A program made the position numbers and the translations under genes. A DNA stretch of 64,000 nt from NCBI GenBank assembly GCA_963754865.1, contig CAVWHG010000017.1:77089-141088 (forward strand). The letters are read 5' to 3'. Each line of letters starts with the position of its first letter. The stretch's first letter is position 1. Below are positions 61,576-64,000 of this stretch, one piece after another. The DNA comes from an uncultured delta proteobacterium. Lineage in GTDB: Bacteria > Desulfobacterota > Desulfobulbia > Desulfobulbales > Desulfocapsaceae. The notes beneath the pieces are model-generated. The model saw nothing but the letters and a program-made list of their open reading frames with translations. It searched no databases and was not told where the DNA came from.

Positions 61576-62766
61576 ATGGCGTTATTTAATAAACTGATCA
61601 AACTGAAAAAATGGTTAACTCTAACAGAAGCAGCGCAACACCTGTCTTTAATGTTCAAAGAAAATGTCAATGAGGCAGATGTTCTAAGGTGGGCTTTGGA
61701 TGGCCACCTGATATTGTCGGTCAATTTTGCTAATCAGGTATTCCTTAGATACTTAGGAAAGTATATTTCGTTTGAGGAATGGGAAGCAAACTACAGAAGA
61801 GAATTTTCTTGGGCACAATTGCGGCCTGTGTTGTTGACTAATGATGAGATTGGTTTCGACCTGCCATGTTTTGGTGTATTCCTGCCAGGGCGAGAAAGAG
61901 AAAATGTATATCGTCAAGATATTGTGTGGGAAAGTAGCTGTGAAGAATTGAAAGAAAAATTTTTGAAGGGGTATTCTCCCGAACAGCAAGCGAAATTTCT
62001 CGCAGAGGCGCTTGAGAGAGTCGTGGCCGCTGTTAAAATGAAAGCAGAAATTTGTGGCGGCAAAGTTACGCCAGATTTCGGCGGCCTTTGGGAAGATAAA
62101 TTGATCTGCGTGAATGGACTCTGGGATTTGCCCATGGATTTGGGCTCTGCAAGATATCATATTGAATGTACATATAAGCATTTGATCAGTTATCCGGTGG
62201 AGAAACTCTATCACCACTTCGGAATTTGGCTACGACATCCAGAAAACGGAGAGCTATGGGAACTTCAGAAACGTTACGGGATAAAGGATTTTGGCAAAAT
62301 TGGCCTGTTTTCTTCTTTTTCTAGTAAACAGGGTCAACCCGCTCATCCAGACAATTTTTGCCCAGCAACTTCGCTCCCGGAAGACAGCGTGCTGGTTATT
62401 CGTGTTTCTGCATTGAATGACCTCAAGGAGTTGCTTGAAAAGGATGATGAGGTCGTGAGCAAAAACAATATGTCGAAAGATGGCATAGGGAATAGAGAAC
62501 GTGGAACTTGGCTGAAAATAATTTATTTGCTGGCAATGAAAATTGCCGAAAAGAACAAAGCAGTGTATTTGAAAAAAGACGCACTTAATGCTACCGCCTT
62601 TGAAACCTTGATGAAAACTATAGCGAGAGACCTTCATGTCGTAAAGAGTCTCAATGATGAAGATAAACCTGAACAGATATCGTCTATCACCCACGGAATG
62701 TCCGACGCTACACTTTCGAAAATATTTAATGAAGGGGAAAAATTAATTAATAAATATTTTGAATAG
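61576..62766 (+). CDS. Uncharacterised integrative-element protein
   Basis: N-terminal KKWLTLTEAAQHLS...ADVLRWALDGHLILSV; AT-rich relative to core; upstream of an excisionase-like gene (track start 61507). Confidence 0.75.
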   Translation: MALFNKLIKLKKWLTLTEAAQHLSLMFKENVNEADVLRWALDGHLILSVNFANQVFLRYLGKYISFEEWEANYRREFSWAQLRPVLLTNDEIGFDLPCFGVFLPGRERENVYRQDIVWESSCEELKEKFLKGYSPEQQAKFLAEALERVVAAVKMKAEICGGKVTPDFGGLWEDKLICVNGLWDLPMDLGSARYHIECTYKHLISYPVEKLYHHFGIWLRHPENGELWELQKRYGIKDFGKIGLFSSFSSKQGQPAHPDNFCPATSLPEDSVLVIRVSALNDLKELLEKDDEVVSKNNMSKDGIGNRERGTWLKIIYLLAMKIAEKNKAVYLKKDALNATAFETLMKTIARDLHVVKSLNDEDKPEQISSITHGMSDATLSKIFNEGEKLINKYFE

Positions 62767-62843
62767 TTACCTATTCTCAAATCCTAGGTAGGATTTCATT
62801 TTTCCACCTAGGACCAGTCATGCCTCATATTGTGTTTTGTATT

Positions 62844-62883
62844 CCCCATATCCTGCGATGTCCCGCAGGGTATGGGGTTTTTT
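62844..62883 (+). terminator. Hairpin + T run upstream of excisionase-like gene
   Basis: CCCCATATCCTGCG / CGCAGGGTATGGGG then TTTTTT. Confidence 0.7.
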
Positions 62884-62908
62884 GTTTCTTACAATAGGAG
62901 GTTCTACG

Positions 62909-63109
62909 ATGGCAGAAAAAAAATGGATTAACGAACAAGCTGTTTCTGAAATGACAGGCAGAGCGTTGCCGACACTCCGGAATGACCGCTTCCTTGGCCG
63001 TGGCTTGCCCTACACAAAGATGGGAAAATCGGTGCGGTATGCCATCGATGATGTCGTGGCCTACATGGAGGCGCGGCGAGTATTTACCTTAGACGCACCA
63101 GCGAAATAA
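62909..63109 (+). CDS. AlpA/excisionase-like HTH protein
   Basis: AGGAGG RBS; WINEQAVSEMTGRALPTLRNDR..GRGLPYTKMGKSVRY. Confidence 0.88.
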   Translation: MAEKKWINEQAVSEMTGRALPTLRNDRFLGRGLPYTKMGKSVRYAIDDVVAYMEARRVFTLDAPAK

Positions 63110-63210
63110 GGGGTGGCCATGTTCAAAACGGCACACACTCTTGAGAAGTTTCATATGAAGATACCACCTGGGGTGAGAATGCTTACGGGTGGTGTGGATG
63201 GGGTGGTGCA

Positions 63211-64000
63211 ATGAGTGGTGGGTTTGAGGCTAAATTTAAAGAAGCTATCCAGGCGGCAGGCTTGGAGTTTGTCGGTGATATTATCCCTGACGGCAAACTC
63301 CACCGTTGTCATGTTGAGGGACACCGCAAAGGGACGAAAAATGGCTGGTATGTCCGTCATGGAGATGATTTTCCCTGTGGCGTATTTGGTGACCACAAGA
63401 GTGGTATTAAGGGTGATTGGAGTTTCAGGGATAACAATACATATACTCCGAGACGAAAATCCGGCTACTCTTCGAGGTCAAAGACAGCACGGCAACAAAG
63501 TACAGCGATGAAGACCTAGGTGCAAGCTGAGTGTCGGAAGTGGTGCGCAGATACTTTTGAAAAGGCAAAGGTGGCAACAAATGAGCACCCATATCTGAAA
63601 AAGAAAGGTGTTCATGCTTATGGCGTAAAACAGTTAAGGGAAAACCTTCTAATACCTTTGCGGGATGGTGCGGCAGTAATCCATGGTATTCAGTTCATCA
63701 TGCCGGACGGATCAAGAAATTCAAGACCGGTACTGCCAAACAGGGAAACTATTTTTCAGTAGGAAGGCCACAAGAAAACACCCTGCTTATCTGTGAGGGT
63801 TACGCAACCGGCGCAAGTCTTCATGAAGCAACTGGTCATGCTGTAGCGGTGGCCTTCGATGCTGGAAACCTGCAACCCGTTGCAGAAAGTCTTGCAAGAA
63901 ATTCCCTGGCATGAGATTGATTATCTGTGCAGACAATGACGAATCAGGGACCGGCCAGGAAAAAGCAAAAGAAGCAGCGGCTGCGGTTGGTGGATTGGTT
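63211..64000 (+). CDS. TOPRIM primase of phage-satellite/integrative element (frameshifted, runs off window)
   Basis: DGKLHR..KNGWY, HPYLKKKGV, LLIPLRD, IQFI; by hand LICEGYATGASLHEATG..VAFDAGNL..IICADND. Confidence 0.88.

Overview
Bacterial chromosome segment, most likely Desulfobacterota (Desulfobulbaceae/Desulfocapsaceae-like; inferred from gene content, not from a search). A ~48 kb housekeeping block (12.8-60.6 kb) carries dgt, a SelW-like selenoprotein that the ORF track missed, a DtxR regulator, recN, tRNA/rRNA enzymes, yebC-ruvCAB-panB, the dcw cluster, signalling genes, pabBC, nagZ, a diguanylate cyclase, a UvrD helicase and folC. Two outward-facing tRNA-Arg genes bracket this block, and each is followed by mobile DNA. 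The left side (1-12.7 kb) holds a sigma54-preceded Tat flavoenzyme plus 7-heme cytochrome operon, a 373-bp direct repeat flanking a secreted Cys/His protein, redox genes and a decayed island (integrase pieces, TA modules, macrodomain, IS1634 remnant, ~70-bp-period repeat). The right side (60.8-64 kb) holds a truncated RmInt1-like group II intron and a satellite-like HTH/primase module. Most notable: the dcw cluster has no ftsW and no ddl, has a murE-murF fusion, and its ftsI-position gene keeps the PBP scaffold but lacks the transpeptidase catalytic motifs. Many essential genes between ~9 and 38 kb contain single-base frameshifts, almost certainly uncorrected long-read errors, so their coordinates are approximate.
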